64,000 bases of DNA from Candidatus Chryseobacterium colombiense (GTDB lineage: Bacteria > Bacteroidota > Bacteroidia > Flavobacteriales > Weeksellaceae), in NCBI GenBank assembly GCA_029203185.1, contig CP119310.1, positions 3,626,052 through 3,690,051 of the forward strand, written 5' to 3'. Position numbers and translations under genes: made by a program. Position 1 is the stretch's first letter. Each line of letters opens with the position of its first letter. Below the pieces are notes generated by a model. It saw only the letters and a program-made list of their open reading frames with translations, was not told where the DNA came from and made no database searches. Of this stretch, positions 62,619-64,000 are shown one piece after another.

Positions 62619-63729
62619 TACAGCAGTAATGGAACTGCACAATGTTCAAAGAAGCAGTCACCTTAACCTGGAGGCTGTAAATATCCAAGAGGCAGAGGTC
62701 TTTTATCCAAGCAGAATGAATGAAATTAAGGAGGTTGAACCAAGAAGTGTTCAGCCTCTTTTGATTTCTAATGCAGTCAATACTATCATTAGCACAACAG
62801 GCTCTACCTATGTTCATAAACCTTTTATTGAAGCTAATACCTTACAGGTAGATTTAAATCATCTTAAAAGTGAGTGTATTATTCCTGTATTTAGTAAGGA
62901 CAATGAAAAGACCATTGCTCACCAAGAGTTTATAGAGATTGTTATTAATACAGTGTTGAAACTGTTTCCTCACCATAGTATCAGTAATCCTGAAATAAGG
63001 GTGTCACATCAAATAAAAGGCAGAACTCCTGATGCTATCTATAAAAGTGCTAAGGAATTATTAGACCATGAGAAGACCATTTACTATGAAAGAATGGCTT
63101 TTATTATTCAAATACCATCTATTGTAGATACTATCAATGGTAATGAATTAGCTCTTACTTTGGGAGGAGTAAGAAGTTATAACCTGGAGAACCTTTACAA
63201 CAAGAAAACCTTTGAAAAATTCAAGTTCTTCATTGGCTTTCAAAATAAGGTTTGCTGTAATTTATGTGTTAGTTTTGATGGTTTTGTAGAAGAAATGAGA
63301 GTTGGAAATTATCGTGAACTACAGGAGAAAATTACTCATGTGATTCAAAACTACAATGCAGAAAGCCACCTGGAGGTTATGAAATCTTTATCTCATAGTC
63401 ACCTTACAGAACATCAATTTGCCCAGCTCTTAGGTAGGTCAAGGTTATACCAACATCTATCCAAAAAGGAGAAATTGGTAATTCCAAGTCTGAACTTTAA
63501 TGACAGTCAGCTTAATACAGTTGCAAAAGACTATTACGAAGATGAAAGCTTTTGCAGGAATGAAGATGGAAACATTAGCCTATGGAATGTGTATAATCTC
63601 TTTACACAGGCTAATAAGAGTAGTTATATAGATACTTTCCTTGACAGGAACTTGAATGCTTTTGAATTCTCAAGAGGTATACAGAAAGTACATAATGGTG
63701 ATAATAAGTACCATTGGTTTTTAAGTTAG
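62602..63729 (+). CDS. DUF3871/DUF932-like mobile-element protein
   Basis: 375 aa. It overlaps the upstream ATPase gene by 17 nt. The family is assigned only from memory of Bacteroidota element gene order (AAA ATPase followed by DUF3871). No catalytic motif is recognised. Confidence 0.4.
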   Translation: MEYTDNTAVMELHNVQRSSHLNLEAVNIQEAEVFYPSRMNEIKEVEPRSVQPLLISNAVNTIISTTGSTYVHKPFIEANTLQVDLNHLKSECIIPVFSKDNEKTIAHQEFIEIVINTVLKLFPHHSISNPEIRVSHQIKGRTPDAIYKSAKELLDHEKTIYYERMAFIIQIPSIVDTINGNELALTLGGVRSYNLENLYNKKTFEKFKFFIGFQNKVCCNLCVSFDGFVEEMRVGNYRELQEKITHVIQNYNAESHLEVMKSLSHSHLTEHQFAQLLGRSRLYQHLSKKEKLVIPSLNFNDSQLNTVAKDYYEDESFCRNEDGNISLWNVYNLFTQANKSSYIDTFLDRNLNAFEFSRGIQKVHNGDNKYHWFLS

Positions 63730-63734
63730 TTTTT

Positions 63735-63760
63735 TATAGCCACTGATTTAAGTGGCTATA
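63735..63760. other. 10-bp-stem hairpin between convergent element genes
   Basis: TATAGCCACT (63735-63744) pairs with AGTGGCTATA (63751-63760). It overlaps the stop codon of the minus-strand partial ORF. There is no clean U-tract on either side. Confidence 0.4.
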
Positions 63761-63998
63761 ATTCTACTGTATAGATCCAAAATCTAGAAATTCCTTGGGA
63801 TGTTTCTTTTTCATATCCTTCACAAAAAGGGAATATTATACTTGCAGGTTTATCCAAGCATTCTTTCACATAATACAAAGCAACACCTAATGTTTGGGCT
63901 TTGCTTGAGAGTGGGCTTAAATATAAATTTGTTATTTGTTTGTGTGAATTAATTTTTGCGATTGTCTTACTTAGTAAAGATGCTGTTACAAATGGATC
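63756..63998 (-). CDS. hypothetical protein, C-terminal 80 codons only (N-terminus outside the window)
   Basis: Own translation of the minus strand: ...DPFVTASLLSKTIAKINSHKQITNLYLSPLSSKAQTLGVALYYVKECLDKPASIIFPFCEGYEKETSQGISRFWIYTVEL, with the stop at 63758-63756. The frame is open to the window edge. Confidence 0.35.
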   Translation of the reverse strand, partial: DPFVTASLLSKTIAKINSHKQITNLYLSPLSSKAQTLGVALYYVKECLDKPASIIFPFCEGYEKETSQGISRFWIYTVEL

Positions 63999-64000
63999 AT

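Larger units (their letters stand above)
57597..64000. mobile_element. tRNA-adjacent integrative element (left end only; continues past the window)
   Basis: A tyrosine integrase gene starts 200 nt downstream of the tRNA 3' end. Helicase-like, AAA_24-like and DUF3871/DUF932-like genes follow, and there are no housekeeping genes from 57.7 kb onward. I did not see attR. Confidence 0.65.

Noticed and set aside
57597-64000. Search by eye for a second copy of the tRNA 3' end (attR) within the window
   Set aside because: I did not see a copy of GGTTCGAGCCCAGGTGGGACC or a long sub-string downstream of the tRNA. The right boundary of the element therefore cannot be called from this window.

Overview
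This is an AT-rich Bacteroidota chromosomal window. I infer Flavobacteriia, Chryseobacterium-like, from the T9SS genes (PorP/SprF, a T9SS-sorted nuclease), the many TAnnTTTG -7 promoter boxes and the gene content. Most of it is housekeeping. It holds coaD-ddl, a PASTA protein, rluD, hemW, murI, rsmD, ruvX-def, mazG, a complete 14-cistron nuoA-N operon (46534 down to 32348, minus strand), ribD, aroE, rbfA and mce. Three regions look accessory. (1) At 27.2-32.2 kb, four minus-strand genes sit directly next to the nuo terminator. They encode a LysM-like protein, a DUF4280 PAAR-like protein, a 741-aa protein with an SLT-like lytic transglycosylase motif and a C-terminal YkuD (L,D-transpeptidase)-like domain, and a translationally coupled SH3 lipoprotein. 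I read this as an orphan contractile-injection (T6SSiii-type) toxin/immunity cargo module, and it is my top candidate for an undescribed system. (2) At 19.7-27.0 kb there are three neighbouring nucleotide-signalling-flavoured genes. They are a 1237-aa metallophosphoesterase-Omp85-like lipoprotein, an HD phosphohydrolase fused to a Pycsar-effector-like 3-TM module, and a 771-aa GAF protein. (3) From 57.6 kb to the window end, an integrative element sits at a tRNA(CAT) gene. It carries a tyrosine integrase, an 809-aa SF2 helicase-like protein, an AAA_24-type ATPase and a DUF3871/DUF932-like protein, and its far end is outside the window. Smaller observations include an orphan Cys-rich double-glycine-leader peptide, an outer-membrane beta-barrel gene embedded between nuoF and nuoG, recurrent sequence words in the nuo intercistronic spacers, and a 25-bp-arm REP-like hairpin. 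No CRISPR array and no rRNA were seen. All family assignments come from reading motifs in the translations and from memory of the families. No database search was run.
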